Notes: generated by a model from the letters alone, not told the origin. 64,000 bases of DNA from Escherichia coli 042 (GCF_000027125.1 NC_017626.1); one strand, 5' to 3'. Shown: positions 1 through 17,829, counted from the first letter of the stretch. Numbers and translations are program-made.

Positions 1-1616
1 GCTGTGCCGGTGGTTGCTCACTGGCAGGACGGGATGGTGTTTGCGGTTTATTGGTGAGTGGGCTGGCTGCCAGACGGAACGCGGAAACCGCTTGCGTTAA
101 ACGACTCGCCTGTTCTTCCAGCGCAGCTGCGGCGGCAGCTGATTCCTGCACCAGCGATGCGTTCTGTTGCGTGACGCGATCCATTTCCGAAACCGCCAAT
201 GCGACTTGATCGATGCCACGGCTCTGTTCATCCGATGCCGATGCAATCTCGCCCATAATGTCAGTCACGCGAGTGACAGCATTGACGATATTGTTCATTG
301 TTTCCCCGGCGCTTTCGACCAGCACCGAACCGGTATCAACGCGCGAGACGGAGTCTTCAATGAGGGCTTTGATCTCTTTTGCCGCCTGGGCGCTGCGACT
401 GGCAAGATTACGCACTTCGCCCGCCACCACGGCAAAACCACGGCCTTGTTCACCCGCTCGTGCGGCTTCAACAGCGGCATTCAGCGCGAGGATATTAGTC
501 TGGAAGGCAATACCATCGATAACGCTGATAATGTCGGCAATTTTCTTCGAACTATCGGCGATCTCATGCATCGTTTTCACTACGCCATCCACCACTTTGC
601 CGCCGTGCTGGGCGGTGTCGGAGGCACTTTGCGCCAGTTGCGAGGCCTGGCGGGCGTTATCGGCGTTTTGCTTCACTGTCGCGGTGAGCTGCTCCATGCT
701 GGCGGCAGTTTCTTCCAGCGCGGATGCCTGCTGTTCAGTACGGGAGGAAAGATCGGTGTTGCCCGCCGCAATTTCACGGGTACCGGCATAGATGGCATCT
801 GAACCTTCACGCACATGAGTGACGGTGTCAGTCAATGAGCGTTGCATATGTGAAACGCTCTGCGCCAGGTCGCCCATTTCACTGCGCCCGTCAATGGTCA
901 GGGTATTCGCCAGGTTACCACCGGCGATTTCGCGAATGTGAGCAATAATTTTTGCCAGCGGCGTAAGCAACATACGGCGAATGCCGTACCACGCCACCAG
1001 CAGAATCAATACCACCACCAGCGCAATAACCGCCAGTTGCCACTGGGCAAATCGGTAATCATCTGCGTTGTCAGTGACGATATCGCGATACAGTTTTTCA
1101 CTGCTGAGGGCGTACTGAGCAAACGCTTCGCCCATTGCATTTTGCATTCCCTGGGTTGGCTGAGCGAAATAAGCTCCAGTATTGCCATAATCAAGATAAT
1201 CAATCAGTTCAGTTAACGCTGTGTGATAGTTTTTATATTTTTCATCAATATTACGACTGGTAGCGACCATTTCAGGTAACGGTGCCATGCTTTTGAATTT
1301 TTTATAATGAGTCGCTGCCTGGGCCAATGTTTTCCTGGCGCTATCGAGCAATTCAACTTTGGCGTTACTTTGTTGATTTGAGGAATCCATCATCATCCGT
1401 ACCGCTGAACGACTCAGGTTAATGCGCGTTTGCAGCATTAAATCCCAGGTTGACGTCAGCTCGCCCTGCTGTTCCCGTAATTGATTGGAAACCACAAAGC
1501 TCTTCTGGCTATGGTGAAGGGAAGAAAAAAACAGACTGCCGGAAATAAGCTGTAACAGTGCGAATACCCCCAGCACCATTACCAACAGCGTGACTACGCG
1601 GATACGGTTAATCATA
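1..1616 (-). CDS. tar: methyl-accepting chemotaxis protein II (Tar), 3' end truncated by window edge
   Basis: Reverse-strand reading from ATG near 1616 gives [22 protein letters not shown]... with the conserved MCP signalling domain; the + strand ORFs 167..802 and 213..791 are its antisense shadow; no stop before position 1. Confidence 0.9.
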
Positions 1617-1646
1617 AGGCACCTTCCTGAAAACAAGTTGATCTCG

Positions 1647-1673
1647 TTATCGGCAAGGAGGGGGGAAACTTTA
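1647..1673 (-). promoter_or_regulatory. sigma-28 (FliA) class 3 promoter upstream of tar
   Basis: Reverse strand reads TAAAGTTT-N11-GCCGATAA, an exact match to the sigma-28 consensus, about 30 nt upstream of the tar start; coordinates approximate. Confidence 0.7.
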
Positions 1674-1699
1674 TTGCTGATGCCACCCGCCGCGAAACT

Positions 1700-1735
1700 G
1701 AAATAAAAAACCCGATGCGCAGGTCATCGGGTTCA
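1700..1735 (-). terminator. Rho-independent terminator downstream of cheW
   Basis: Reverse strand forms hairpin AACCCGATGACCTGCGCATCGGGTT followed by a T-run, directly after the cheW stop. Confidence 0.55.
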
Positions 1736-1759
1736 TTGCAATTGAGGAAATCAGGAGAA

Positions 1760-2263
1760 TTACGCCACTTCTGACGCCGCGCTATCTAACAGCGCCATCT
1801 CTTCGCTGTTCAGCAGTTTTTCGATGTTCACCAGAATCAACATGCGGTCACCCAGTGCGCCCAGTCCAGTGAGATATTCTGTTGAAAGCGTCACGGCAAA
1901 TTCCGGTGCCGGACGAATTTGCTCCGCCGTCAATGACAGCACATCTGAGACGCCGTCAACCACGATGCCGACCACCCGCTGTCCGAGATTCAGGACGATA
2001 ACTACCGTGTTGTCGTTATAGTCCACATCCACCTGGCTGAACTTAATTCGTAAGTCAACAATCGGCACAATAACACCGCGCAGATTCGTGACGCCTTTGA
2101 TAAACGCTGGCGTGTTCGCAATCCGTGTTACCTGATCATAGCCACGGATCTCCTGCACTTTCAGAATATCAATACCGTACTCTTCATCACCAAGGGTAAA
2201 TACCAGAAATTCCTGGCCTGACGGCTCGCTGGCCAGCTTTGTTACATTCGTCATACCGGTCAT
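1760..2263 (-). CDS. cheW: chemotaxis coupling protein CheW
   Basis: 167-aa ORF recognised as CheW ([42 protein letters not shown]...). Confidence 0.97.
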
Positions 2264-2283
2264 ATTGTTACCTTTTTACTCAT

Positions 2284-5175
<2,892 letters not shown>

Positions 5176-5179
<4 letters not shown>

Positions 5180-6063
5180 GCTTCCTCGGTTGTCGTCTGT
5201 TGTTGCGGATTTTTCACCGCACGCACATGCTCTTCCAGTTCAATAAACGATGGACGTTCGCTGGAATAGAGCGTTTTGCGACCAAACTCAACGGCGATAG
5301 GCGGTGCGTAACCGTTCAGATTAGAAAGCAGTGTGACTTTGACGCACTGCATCATTTTGCTGGTTTCGGCGCTTTTCTGACGTAAAACACTCGCTAATGG
5401 GGAAATAAATCCGTAAGCCAATAAAATACCGAGGAAAGTCCCCACCATCGCATGTGCGATAAGCGCCCCCAGCTCGGCGGCAGGACGATCGGCTGAACCT
5501 AACGCGTGAACGACCCCCATCACAGCCGCGACAATACCAAACGCCGGAAGTGAGTCCCCGACCAGCGCCAGACTGTTCGCCGGGACTTCTGCCTCGCTTT
5601 CGTGCGTCTCAATCTCTTCATCCATCAGGGCTTCGATTTCGAAGGTGTTCATGTGACCGCTGATAATCAGACGCAGATAATCGACGATAAAATCAAGCAT
5701 GACGCTATCCGCAAGGATGCGTGGGTAGCTGGCGAAGATCTCGCTCTCACGGGGATTTTCAATATCACGTTCCAGCGAAAACATCCCCATCTGCCGCGAT
5801 TTCGCCATCAACCGATAAAGCAGAGCCAGCAGATCCATATACATTGCTTTGGTATATTTGGAGCGACGAAACAGCAACGGCAGCGCCTTCAGCGTACCTT
5901 TAATCGCTTTGCCATTATTGCCGACGATAAACGACCCAATCCCTGCACCGGCAATAATCACCAGTTCAGCGGGTTGATAGAGTGCTCCAAGGCTTCCACC
6001 GGTCATCAAATAACCGCCGAAAACTGTACCGAGAACAACCAGGTAACCTAATAAGATAAGCAC
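5176..6063 (-). CDS. motA: flagellar motor stator protein MotA
   Basis: 295-aa [26 protein letters not shown]... recognised as MotA. Confidence 0.97.
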
Positions 6064-6130
6064 GACATCATCCTTCCACTGTTGACCATGACAGGATGTT
6101 CAGCCGTCAGACGTTAACGCGCGATTGGGG

Positions 6131-6163
6131 CAAAAAAAGCAGCGGTACGTCGTTACCGCTGCT
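6131..6163 (-). terminator. Rho-independent terminator downstream of flhC
   Basis: Reverse strand hairpin AGCAGCGGTAACGACGTACCGCTGCT followed by TTTTTTT, between the flhC stop and motA. Confidence 0.55.
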
Positions 6164-6188
6164 GGAATGTTTCGCCACACCGTATCAG

Positions 6189-6767
6189 TTAAACAGCCTG
6201 TACTCTCTGTTCATCCAGCAGTTGTGGGATAATATCGGCAGGATTCTGGGAAAGTTTACGTCTTTTTACTGCCCGGGATGGCGGCTGACATAAGCTGCAG
6301 GCAAAGCTGCCAACAGGCTGGTGAGCGTGGGTAATAAAATTGCCGCCGCAGCAGTTGCAGCTGGAAAGTTGCAGTAATCCACTTTCAACAAACCGCACCA
6401 ATGTCCAGGCACGGGTTAATGCCAGCAGCGGTCCGTCTTCTGGTTGCGGGCACTGTTCAAGGTATAAACGGTAGGCTTTGATCACCGCATCGACGCCATT
6501 ACACAAACCGGTTTTCAGTAAAAACTGCCATGCGTTACAGAACATCGAAGCATGAACGTTTTGTTCCCAGGTCATAAACCAGTCGGTTGAGAATGGCAGC
6601 ATGCCTTTCGGCGGTGGGCTTCCGCGCAGTTCTTTATAGAGTTTTATCAGGCGTCCGCGGCTTAACTGTGTTTCGCTTTCCAGCATCTGCAAACGAGCGC
6701 CCAGGGTGATCAATTCCATTGCCAGCTGAATATCCCGCGCTTTCTGAACAATGCTTTTTTCACTCAT
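6189..6767 (-). CDS. flhC: flagellar master regulator subunit FlhC
   Basis: 192-aa [30 protein letters not shown]... with the C-terminal Cys cluster, recognised as FlhC. Confidence 0.97.
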   Translation of the reverse strand: MSEKSIVQKARDIQLAMELITLGARLQMLESETQLSRGRLIKLYKELRGSPPPKGMLPFSTDWFMTWEQNVHASMFCNAWQFLLKTGLCNGVDAVIKAYRLYLEQCPQPEDGPLLALTRAWTLVRFVESGLLQLSSCNCCGGNFITHAHQPVGSFACSLCQPPSRAVKRRKLSQNPADIIPQLLDEQRVQAV

Positions 6768-6769
6768 GA

Positions 6770-7120
6770 TCAGGCCCTTTTCTTGCGCAGCGCTTCTTCA
6801 GGCTGATTAACATCATTCAGCAAGCGTGTTGAGAGCATGATGCCGGTATGAATTTGCTGGAGATCGTCAACGCGGGAATCTTGCGTCAACTGAGTAATCG
6901 TCTGGTGGCTGTCAAAACGAAAGTGACAAACCAGTTGATTGGTTTCTGCCAGCTTAACCATTTGCGGAAGAGTCAGTGCCGCTAACGTTGTCGCCATTTC
7001 TTCATTTATGCCGAGACGAAACATTGCGGACGCTTTGTCCTGAACAATCAGACGCTGTGCAAGTAGTAAATATGACAAGTTGATGTCATAAATGTGTTTC
7101 AGCAACTCGGAGGTATGCAT
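6770..7120 (-). CDS. flhD: flagellar master regulator subunit FlhD
   Basis: ORF-track frame [27 protein letters not shown]...; start trimmed to MHTSELL (116 aa). Confidence 0.93.
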
Positions 7121-7900
7121 TATTCCCACCCAGAATAACCAACTTTATTTTTATGCGGTCTCACCGCACCCCGTGATGTCGCCGGGAAGCCCCGGTAAAA
7201 AATAATTAGCATTAGAATAGTTGCGATAAGCTGCAACAGGCAGAGCCCCTTTTTTGGATTTAATAAGTCCTCACAAATAGAAGGGGCTCTTTACACTTAT
7301 CTAAGATTTTTCCTAAATCGACGCAACTGTACTCGTCACTACACGCACATACAACGGAGGGGGGCTGCGATTTTCAATAATGTGTGATGCAGATCACACA
7401 AAACACTCAATTACTTAACATAAATGTATAAGTCATACTTTTGTTTTGGGTGTATTTCAATCTGTTAAAAAGTTTTTCGCAACGCTAGCAAGCAAAAATG
7501 AAACAGGAATAATCGAAATGGGATGTTGCGCACAGTTAAAATAACTCACCGTAAATAATCATCTGCTATAAATAATCACTTTCATGCAATACCAGATAAG
7601 CTATTTTTAAACAGACACTTACCGCACAACAAACTAATTAAATACAAAGAAAGGCAACAATCAACTTAATGTTAATAAAATGTTTTACATATATTAACCA
7701 CTTGTTTAATATGGAGAATCAGTACATTATTTTCTTATAATTACAGTTGAAATCATATGATCACCGAGAGTGATTGATTAATTGTCTTTACTAATAATCA
7801 GACTAATATTTACCTGTTTGACTGAGTTGGGATTGCGTCGTTTCTCCATTAGGAGTAAAGCTTTAATGTCACCTGAAGTTCACAGAATAAGGAACAGGTT
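7121..7900. promoter_or_regulatory. long AT-rich divergent control region: flhDC class 1 promoter and 5' UTR on the reverse strand, uspC promoter on the forward strand
   Basis: About 780 bp non-coding AT-rich spacer between the divergent flhD and uspC starts; no ORF of 60 aa or more. Confidence 0.6.
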
Positions 7901-8329
7901 ATGAGCTATAGCAATATTCTTGTCGCCGTTGCGGTTACACCGGAAAGTCAGCAACTGCTGGCAAAAGCGGTATCTATCGCCAGGCCAGTAAAGGGACACA
8001 TCAGTTTAATTACTCTCGCGTCCGACCCGGAAATGTACAATCAATTAGCTGCGCCGATGCTTGAAGATTTACGCAGCGTGATGCAGGAAGAAACGCAAAG
8101 CTTTCTTGATAAGTTAATTCAGGATGCGGGGTATCCCGTTGACAAGACGTTTATTGCCTACGGTGAGTTAAGCGAACATATTCTGGAAGTTTGTCGCAAA
8201 TATCATTTCGATTTGGTGATTTGCGGTAATCACAATCACAGTTTCTTTTCGCGAGCATCCTGCTCGGCGAAAAGAGTGATTGCCTCAAGTGAGGTCGATG
8301 TGCTGTTAGTTCCACTTACGGGAGATTAA
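7901..8329 (+). CDS. uspC: universal stress protein C
   Basis: 142-aa ORF MSYSNILVAVAVTPESQQLLAKAVSIARP... recognised as UspC. Confidence 0.93.
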   Translation: MSYSNILVAVAVTPESQQLLAKAVSIARPVKGHISLITLASDPEMYNQLAAPMLEDLRSVMQEETQSFLDKLIQDAGYPVDKTFIAYGELSEHILEVCRKYHFDLVICGNHNHSFFSRASCSAKRVIASSEVDVLLVPLTGD

Positions 8330-8335
8330 CCGCAC

Positions 8336-11688
<3,353 letters not shown>

Positions 11689-11702
11689 CATACTCTCCTT
11701 AC

Positions 11703-13217
11703 TCAGGCAACTGCCTGGCTGACTTTAGGCATCGCAAGGCTTAATGCCTGACGCTCATCTGCCTGCTCGTGTAACAATTCACCGGCGATTTCGCCTTCGC
11801 GCATCACCACAATCCGGTCGGCAACGCCGAGGACTTCAGGTAAGTCGCTGGAGGCAAACAGCACCGCCACGCCCTGCGCTGCCAGCGCATAAATTACGTT
11901 GTAAATTTCATGCTTAGCACCAACATCAATGCCGCGCGTAGGTTCATCCAGCAAAATGACCTTCATCTCTTCCGATAACCAGCGGCCCAGAATGGCTTTT
12001 TGCTGATTTCCACCTGAGAGATTCATAATCAGTTGCTCAGCGCCCGGCGTTTTGATATTGAGCGAACGAATGTGGTGATCGGCATTGTTTTCTTCCCAAC
12101 CGTTGTTGATTACACAACCGCCGAGCACATGTTTGCGTCTGGCACTGATGTTGATATTGTCGCGAACGGAGTGCACAGGAATAATGCCTTCGGCTTTGCG
12201 ATCTTCCGGGCAGAGCATCATGCCTGCGGCAATGGCGTGGCTCGGTTTACGAATATCGATCGGCTGTTGGTCGATATAAACCTGACCGGCGGTGATTTGC
12301 GTACCGCCAAACATGCCTTTCATTAATTCGCTACGCCCTGCCCCGACCAGACCAAACAGACCGACAATTTCTCCACTGCGAACCGCCAGACTTATTGGCG
12401 TACGCACGCCTGGTGCTTTCACAGCATCAAGACGCAGGCGCTCCTCGCCATAACTACGCGGTTGCCAGCCGTAGATATCGCCAATGTCGCGCCCGACCAT
12501 CGCCTGCACCAGCGCGTCGTGATCAACCTGCTGCATATCGGTAAAGGTTTTGACATAACGTCCATCTTTAAAGACAGTGATGGCATCGCTGAGGGCAAAT
12601 ATTTCTTCCATACGGTGAGAAACGTATAAGATCACCCGCCCCTCTTTTCGCAGTTCACGAATAACGCGGAAAAGATTGTCGATTTCGCGGGCAGAAAGGG
12701 AGCTGGTTGGCTCATCAAAGGCGATAATTTTAGCGTTACGCGCCAGCGCCTTGGCGATTTCAACCATCTGCCACTGACCAATGGAGAGATATTTCAGCGG
12801 CGTGTCCGGGTCAATATCCATACCAAGATGTTTAAGTTGTAAACCCGCCTCATAATTCAGCAATGAGCGATTCACAATGCCGCCTTTATGCGGCAGCTGG
12901 CCGAGATAGATGTTTTCCGCGACGGTCATTTCCGGCACGAGATGCAGTTCCTGGTAAATAATCGCCACACCCGCGTTAAGTGCTGCGGTTGTGTCGGAAA
13001 AGGACATTTCCTGCCCATTAATCACTACAGAACCCGTGGTTGGCGCATAGTTGCCGCTGAGGATTTTTAAGAGAGTTGATTTTCCTGCGCCATTTTCACC
13101 CATCAACGCATGAACCTGACCGGCATAGCAGTCAAAACTAATATCCGTCAGCGCCTTAACGCCGGGAAACGTTTTACCGATGCCGCGAAATGAGAGATAC
13201 GGGGTAGACTGTTGCAT
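11703..13217 (-). CDS. araG: L-arabinose ABC transporter ATP-binding protein (duplicated ABC domains)
   Basis: ORF contains [23 protein letters not shown]... with Walker A motif GENGAGKST; start trimmed to MQQSTPY (504 aa). Confidence 0.93.
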
Positions 13218-13286
13218 AACGTCTCCGTGAATCACTGGTCGTTCACACCCCCTCTGCATCATGCAGAGGGGAATTTTTTCGGCAGA

Positions 13287-14276
13287 TTACTTACCGCCTA
13301 ACCCTTTTTTCTCCAGTTCTTCTTTAAAGTTGTCACGCGTGATCAGCACCACGTCGGTAACTTCGGTGAATTTGGTCGGTTCAACACCTTTTGCGACCCA
13401 GTTGTAAAGCATTTCGCTGGACTTATAACCATGTACGTCCGGGCTTGGCAGCAGTGATCCGTAGAAGCCGGTTGCCTGTGCCTTAGACAGTTCGCTCACC
13501 GCATCCACACCGTTAATACCAATACCGATGATATCGGCTGCTTTAAAGCCTTGACCTTCCGTCGCGCGTACGCCGCCCAGCACGGTGCTGTCGTTCATAC
13601 CGACGATCAGCCAATGTTTAACTTCCGGATGTTGAACCAGCATTGAGTTGGCAGCGTCAAATGCCCCCGGGATGTCGTTAGATTTGGTAGGTACCTGATA
13701 AATTTGTTTTTCCGGGAATCCTGCAGCTTTCAGCGCATCCATAGAACCCGTAGTACGGCGACGAGCCGTATCCAGTTCGTTGGAGGTAATCGCCATCACC
13801 GCGCTTTCTTTGACATCCCAACCACGTTTCTGCATCTCTTTATACAGTTCCTGGCCCTGACGTTCGCCAATTTTGGTCGCTGCCATCATCACCAGCGGAA
13901 CGGTATCCATTGGCTTGCCTTTGGCGTTAACAAACTGGTCATCCACGGCAATGACTTTCATATCGTAGCCACGCGCTTTCGCCACGATGGCAGAGCCGAG
14001 TTTCGGGTCCGGAGTACAAATAACGAAACCTTTCGCGCCACTGGCAGCCAGGCTGTCGATAGCGTTCAATGTTTTTTCGCCATCCGGCACGGCAATCTTA
14101 ATAACTTCAAACCCTAAATCCTTCCCGGCTTTATCGGCAAACTTCCATTCGGTCTGGAACCACGGCTCTTCCGGTTGCTTCACCAGGAAACCGAGCTTCA
14201 GGTTCTCCGCCATAGCGGATTGTGACATAACGGCTGCCAGACCAATGGCTGCCAGGGCTTTAGTAAATTTGTGCAT
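13287..14276 (-). CDS. araF: L-arabinose periplasmic binding protein
   Basis: 329-aa ORF with signal peptide MHKFTKALAAIGLAAVMSQSAMA, recognised as AraF. Confidence 0.96.
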   Translation of the reverse strand: MHKFTKALAAIGLAAVMSQSAMAENLKLGFLVKQPEEPWFQTEWKFADKAGKDLGFEVIKIAVPDGEKTLNAIDSLAASGAKGFVICTPDPKLGSAIVAKARGYDMKVIAVDDQFVNAKGKPMDTVPLVMMAATKIGERQGQELYKEMQKRGWDVKESAVMAITSNELDTARRRTTGSMDALKAAGFPEKQIYQVPTKSNDIPGAFDAANSMLVQHPEVKHWLIVGMNDSTVLGGVRATEGQGFKAADIIGIGINGVDAVSELSKAQATGFYGSLLPSPDVHGYKSSEMLYNWVAKGVEPTKFTEVTDVVLITRDNFKEELEKKGLGGK

Positions 14277-15072
14277 GGTTCTCTCCAGCTTTAGTGTCGT
14301 TTTGTGTAGGGCAAAAACGAATGACTTTCGTTAAATTAATCGGAAAACAAAGCATTACCTTTTAACTAAAAGATAAGTGACCGTGTTGACATAGTTTTAG
14401 CGAGAAATTAATTCTCCATAGGAGAGCAATATCACATCGCAGAATTACAGTGAGAACGTGCATAAATTTAGCGGGAAAAGACATAAGGAAAAGCTCATTT
14501 GTCAGACAAATCACCGAGCGCGCAGCAGATTAATCCATAAGATTAGCCTGGAAATCCTTGTTGTCTTTGGTACCCATGCGGGATGTCTTCTTTTTAACCA
14601 GTCAATAGGCTGCATTACCTGGCGTTGAGTTTTTGAAATGGTGTAATAACCGCAACTCAAAGATGTGGAAAATGCGCGTCATTCATTTCGTCATTAATTA
14701 TCACCGTGCTCATTAATTAACAGAACACGTATACTGAGAGCCATATCGCAAAAATGAAAAAACGTTTTAAAAAATCATTGCCTCATCATGAATTCAAATC
14801 CCCCTATTAATATCAACAAGATACAAAAAGCATCATCATTAAAATTCATTGCAGTTACATTGATTTCATCAATGAAATGTAAAAATATATAAACTTGATG
14901 ATTTAAGCATTTTCTTATACCCGTTCAGACGTTATTCTTATTTCAGATCATCGTCAGAATTGACTCCACGATCACATTTCGGACCGGCAGAAAGGAATTA
15001 TTCTGCAAACAGTAATTATGGTGTTTTGATTTATCTTGCACCTCTCCACTTCTGGATATAAGGATATTAGGT

Positions 15073-15576
15073 ATGGCAACCGCTGGAATGCTTCTCAAAC
15101 TCAACTCTCAAATGAACCGCGAGTTTTACGCATCCAATCTCTACCTTCACCTGAGTAACTGGTGTTCTGAACAGAGTCTGAACGGCACCGCCACTTTCCT
15201 TCGCGCCCAGGCACAAAGTAATGTGACCCAAATGATGCGCATGTTTAACTTTATGAAGAGTGTCGGCGCTACCCCAATCGTTAAAGCCATTGATGTTCCC
15301 GGTGAAAAACTGAACTCTCTGGAAGAACTGTTCCAAAAAACGATGGAAGAATACGAGCAACGTTCAAGCACGCTGGCGCAGTTAGCCGATGAAGCGAAAG
15401 AACTGAATGATGATTCAACCGTCAATTTCCTGCGCGATCTGGAAAAAGAACAGCAGCATGATGGCCTGTTGCTGCAAACCATTCTTGATGAAGTGCGCAG
15501 TGCGAAACTTGCGGGTATGTGCCCTGTGCAGACCGACCAACATGTTCTGAATGTCGTGTCACACCAGCTGCATTGA
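15073..15576 (+). CDS. ftnB: ferritin-like protein FtnB
   Basis: 167-aa [34 protein letters not shown]..., paralogous to ftnA 1.3 kb downstream. Confidence 0.92.
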   Translation: MATAGMLLKLNSQMNREFYASNLYLHLSNWCSEQSLNGTATFLRAQAQSNVTQMMRMFNFMKSVGATPIVKAIDVPGEKLNSLEELFQKTMEEYEQRSSTLAQLADEAKELNDDSTVNFLRDLEKEQQHDGLLLQTILDEVRSAKLAGMCPVQTDQHVLNVVSHQLH

Positions 15577-15588
15577 TCATACATCGGC

Positions 15589-15625
15589 GCTAATGCATTG
15601 CGCCGATGAAGTTTTTGAGAAACCG
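15589..15625 (+). terminator. Rho-independent terminator downstream of ftnB
   Basis: Hairpin CATCGGCGCTAATGCATTGCGCCGATG followed by AAGTTTTT just after the ftnB stop. Confidence 0.5.
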
Positions 15626-15655
15626 CTGCCTCATCTTTTTGAAGCAGCGGTTTTT

Positions 15656-15907
15656 TTAATGGGATTCGCCCTGTGGGGTAAACTTGAGTTCAATCAGCGC
15701 GATGGCTTTTTGGATTGCCCGCATGGTGACCGGGTCTGCGGCGGCGGGATGGTGAGTAAAGTCGATATTCTTCAGCTGGCTGGACATTTTTTCACGAACT
15801 TCAACGGGCGCGATTACATCGAGAACATCCAGAATTTGTTTGATAACCAACTGGCAAGCAACCACATCAGAAACCAGTTCCTGATCGGCATTCAGCGGCT
15901 GGGACAT
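15656..15907 (-). CDS. yecJ: DUF2766 family small protein YecJ
   Basis: 83-aa [27 protein letters not shown]... recognised as YecJ. Confidence 0.85.
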   Translation of the reverse strand: MSQPLNADQELVSDVVACQLVIKQILDVLDVIAPVEVREKMSSQLKNIDFTHHPAAADPVTMRAIQKAIALIELKFTPQGESH

Positions 15908-16021
15908 CGTAAACTCCTGATAGCATTTTGAAAGCCGTTATAGTAGCGGCTTCACATCTTCAGCGATAGTCACATCCACCGTCATCAGGACACAAAAAAA
16001 CCTGCCGGAGCAGGTTTTTTG

Positions 16022-16108
16022 TTATCGGAACATATTGCCTGGCGGTACGTCTTTGAACGTCTTGCAATAGTTATTGAACATACTTTTCAGGATCTTGCGC
16101 AGTTTCAT
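16022..16108 (-). CDS. azuC: small protein AzuC (28 aa), within the IsrB sRNA locus
   Basis: Reverse strand reads ATG AAA CTG CGC AAG ATC CTG AAA AGT ATG TTC AAT AAC TAT TGC AAG ACG TTC AAA GAC GTA CCG CCA GGC AAT ATG TTC CGA TAA = MKLRKILKSMFNNYCKTFKDVPPGNMFR; below the ORF-track size cut-off. Confidence 0.8.
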   Translation of the reverse strand: MKLRKILKSMFNNYCKTFKDVPPGNMFR

Positions 16109-16369
16109 CGCGGCACTCCGACTATTTGTTATGCAGGTGTTATTGTCTTTGCGCTTATAATATGACAACCATCACAAAAATCAATCTTTATGTGATGTAA
16201 ATCACACAAATACCTCTTTAATGTTATAAAAATGATAATCAAAAAGCAGCCCCCCCTTTCTGACACATACAGATGGCAAGAAATAGCGCCTGCCAGGCGT
16301 CTTTTCCGGCCATTGTCGCAGCGCTGTAGCGCGTAAAATACTGCTTTCTTTTACTCTTCTGGCTGGACC

Positions 16370-16693
16370 ATGAGACTTCTGATTCTGACTCTTTCATTAA
16401 TAACGCTGGCGGGGTGCACAGTTACTCGCCAGGCTCATGTGGGCGAAGTTGACGCGGCAACAGGTATTGTTCGGTTGGTTTATGATCAGGCTTTTTTGCA
16501 GCATGCCCGTACCGATCGTTATGTCAGTCGCGGAATCGCCGATCGCGCATGCCAGCAGGAAGGCTATACCCACGCTATCCCCTTTGGTCAGCCAGTAGGC
16601 AACTGTAGCCTCTTTGCGGGTTCCTTATGTTTGAATACGGAATTCACTTTGTCATATCAGTGCCATCATTCCGCCTTCCCTGTTTTTCTCTAA
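16370..16693 (+). CDS. yecR: lipoprotein YecR
   Basis: 107-aa ORF with lipoprotein signal MRLLILTLSLITLAGC, recognised as YecR. Confidence 0.88.
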   Translation: MRLLILTLSLITLAGCTVTRQAHVGEVDAATGIVRLVYDQAFLQHARTDRYVSRGIADRACQQEGYTHAIPFGQPVGNCSLFAGSLCLNTEFTLSYQCHHSAFPVFL

Positions 16694-16864
16694 ATGTTTT
16701 AATCAGCGAGGGGGATCTTCGCTGATTAAATAAATAGCGGTAATGCGTTTTATTCCCATTCGTATTTTTAATAAATGAAGTTTATATTTTACCTTTTGCA
16801 AATAATAAAATAACAAATTATAGTGACGCCACAGCAACAAATATAACCTTTGTGGAGCACTATC

Positions 16865-17362
16865 ATGCTGAAACCAGAAATGATTGAAAAACTTAATGAG
16901 CAGATGAACCTGGAACTGTACTCTTCACTGCTTTATCAGCAAATGAGCGCCTGGTGCAGCTATCATACCTTCGAAGGTGCTGCCGCGTTCCTGCGCCGTC
17001 ACGCCCAGGAAGAGATGACGCATATGCAGCGTCTGTTTGATTATCTGACTGATACCGGCAACTTACCGCGTATTAATACCGTTGAATCTCCGTTTGCTGA
17101 ATATTCCTCACTTGATGAATTATTCCAGGAAACCTATAAACACGAACAATTAATCACCCAGAAAATTAACGAACTGGCTCATGCTGCAATGACCAATCAG
17201 GACTACCCAACATTTAATTTCCTGCAATGGTATGTTTCTGAGCAGCATGAAGAAGAGAAACTGTTCAAATCGATTATTGATAAATTAAGCCTGGCAGGCA
17301 AAAGCGGCGAAGGTTTGTATTTTATCGACAAAGAACTCTCCACCCTCGACACACAAAACTAA
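16865..17362 (+). CDS. ftnA: ferritin FtnA (non-haem iron storage)
   Basis: ORF contains [31 protein letters not shown]... with ferroxidase E-x-x-H motif (QEEMTHMQ); start trimmed to MLKPEM (165 aa). Confidence 0.95.
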
Positions 17363-17368
17363 TGTTCT

Positions 17369-17395
17369 CCGGCGGCAGGTTTACTGCCGCCGTTT
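17369..17395. terminator. probable bidirectional terminator between ftnA and yecH
   Basis: Hairpin CGGCGGCAGGTTTACTGCCGCCG flanked by T/A runs between convergent genes. Confidence 0.45.
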
Positions 17396-17399
17396 CAAA

Positions 17400-17639
17400 T
17401 CAGTGACGGCAAATCTTACTCTGATCGGTCGAAAAACCTTCTTCCGAAGGTATAAATTTGCCTTTTGCTGCCAGAAACGCTACCAGCTCTCCCGCTGTCA
17501 TCCCTTCTGCCGAGCAAGTGTGAAAACGTGCCTGTTCACCAAAACGCGCTTTAATCGCAGCTTCCAGACTGGCATGCGTATATTGCTCACCTGATTCAAT
17601 CATCATATTTAACACTTCATGACCGTGAATAGAGTCCAT
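17400..17639 (-). CDS. yecH: DUF2492 family protein YecH
   Basis: 79-aa ORF MDSIHGHEVLNMMIESGEQYTHASLEAAIKARFG... recognised as YecH. Confidence 0.88.
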   Translation of the reverse strand: MDSIHGHEVLNMMIESGEQYTHASLEAAIKARFGEQARFHTCSAEGMTAGELVAFLAAKGKFIPSEEGFSTDQSKICRH

Positions 17640-17829
17640 CGTTCCTCCTCAAAAAAAAGCTAGCGTAGCGATTGCCGCTTACCAAGACTTTGCGCCAGCG
17701 CAGGACTGAATGCATTTTATTGTACATTTATATTTACACCATATGTAACGCCGGTTTGACGAAGCAGCCGTTATGCCTTAACCTGCGCCGCAGATATCAC
17801 TCATAAAGATCGTCAGGACAGAAGAAAGC

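Noticed and set aside
167-802. Two long forward-strand ORFs (211 and 192 aa) at the start of the window
   Set aside because: They lie antisense to the recognisable tar coding sequence on the reverse strand (which runs off the window edge and so is absent from the ORF track); shadow ORFs in GC-rich coding DNA
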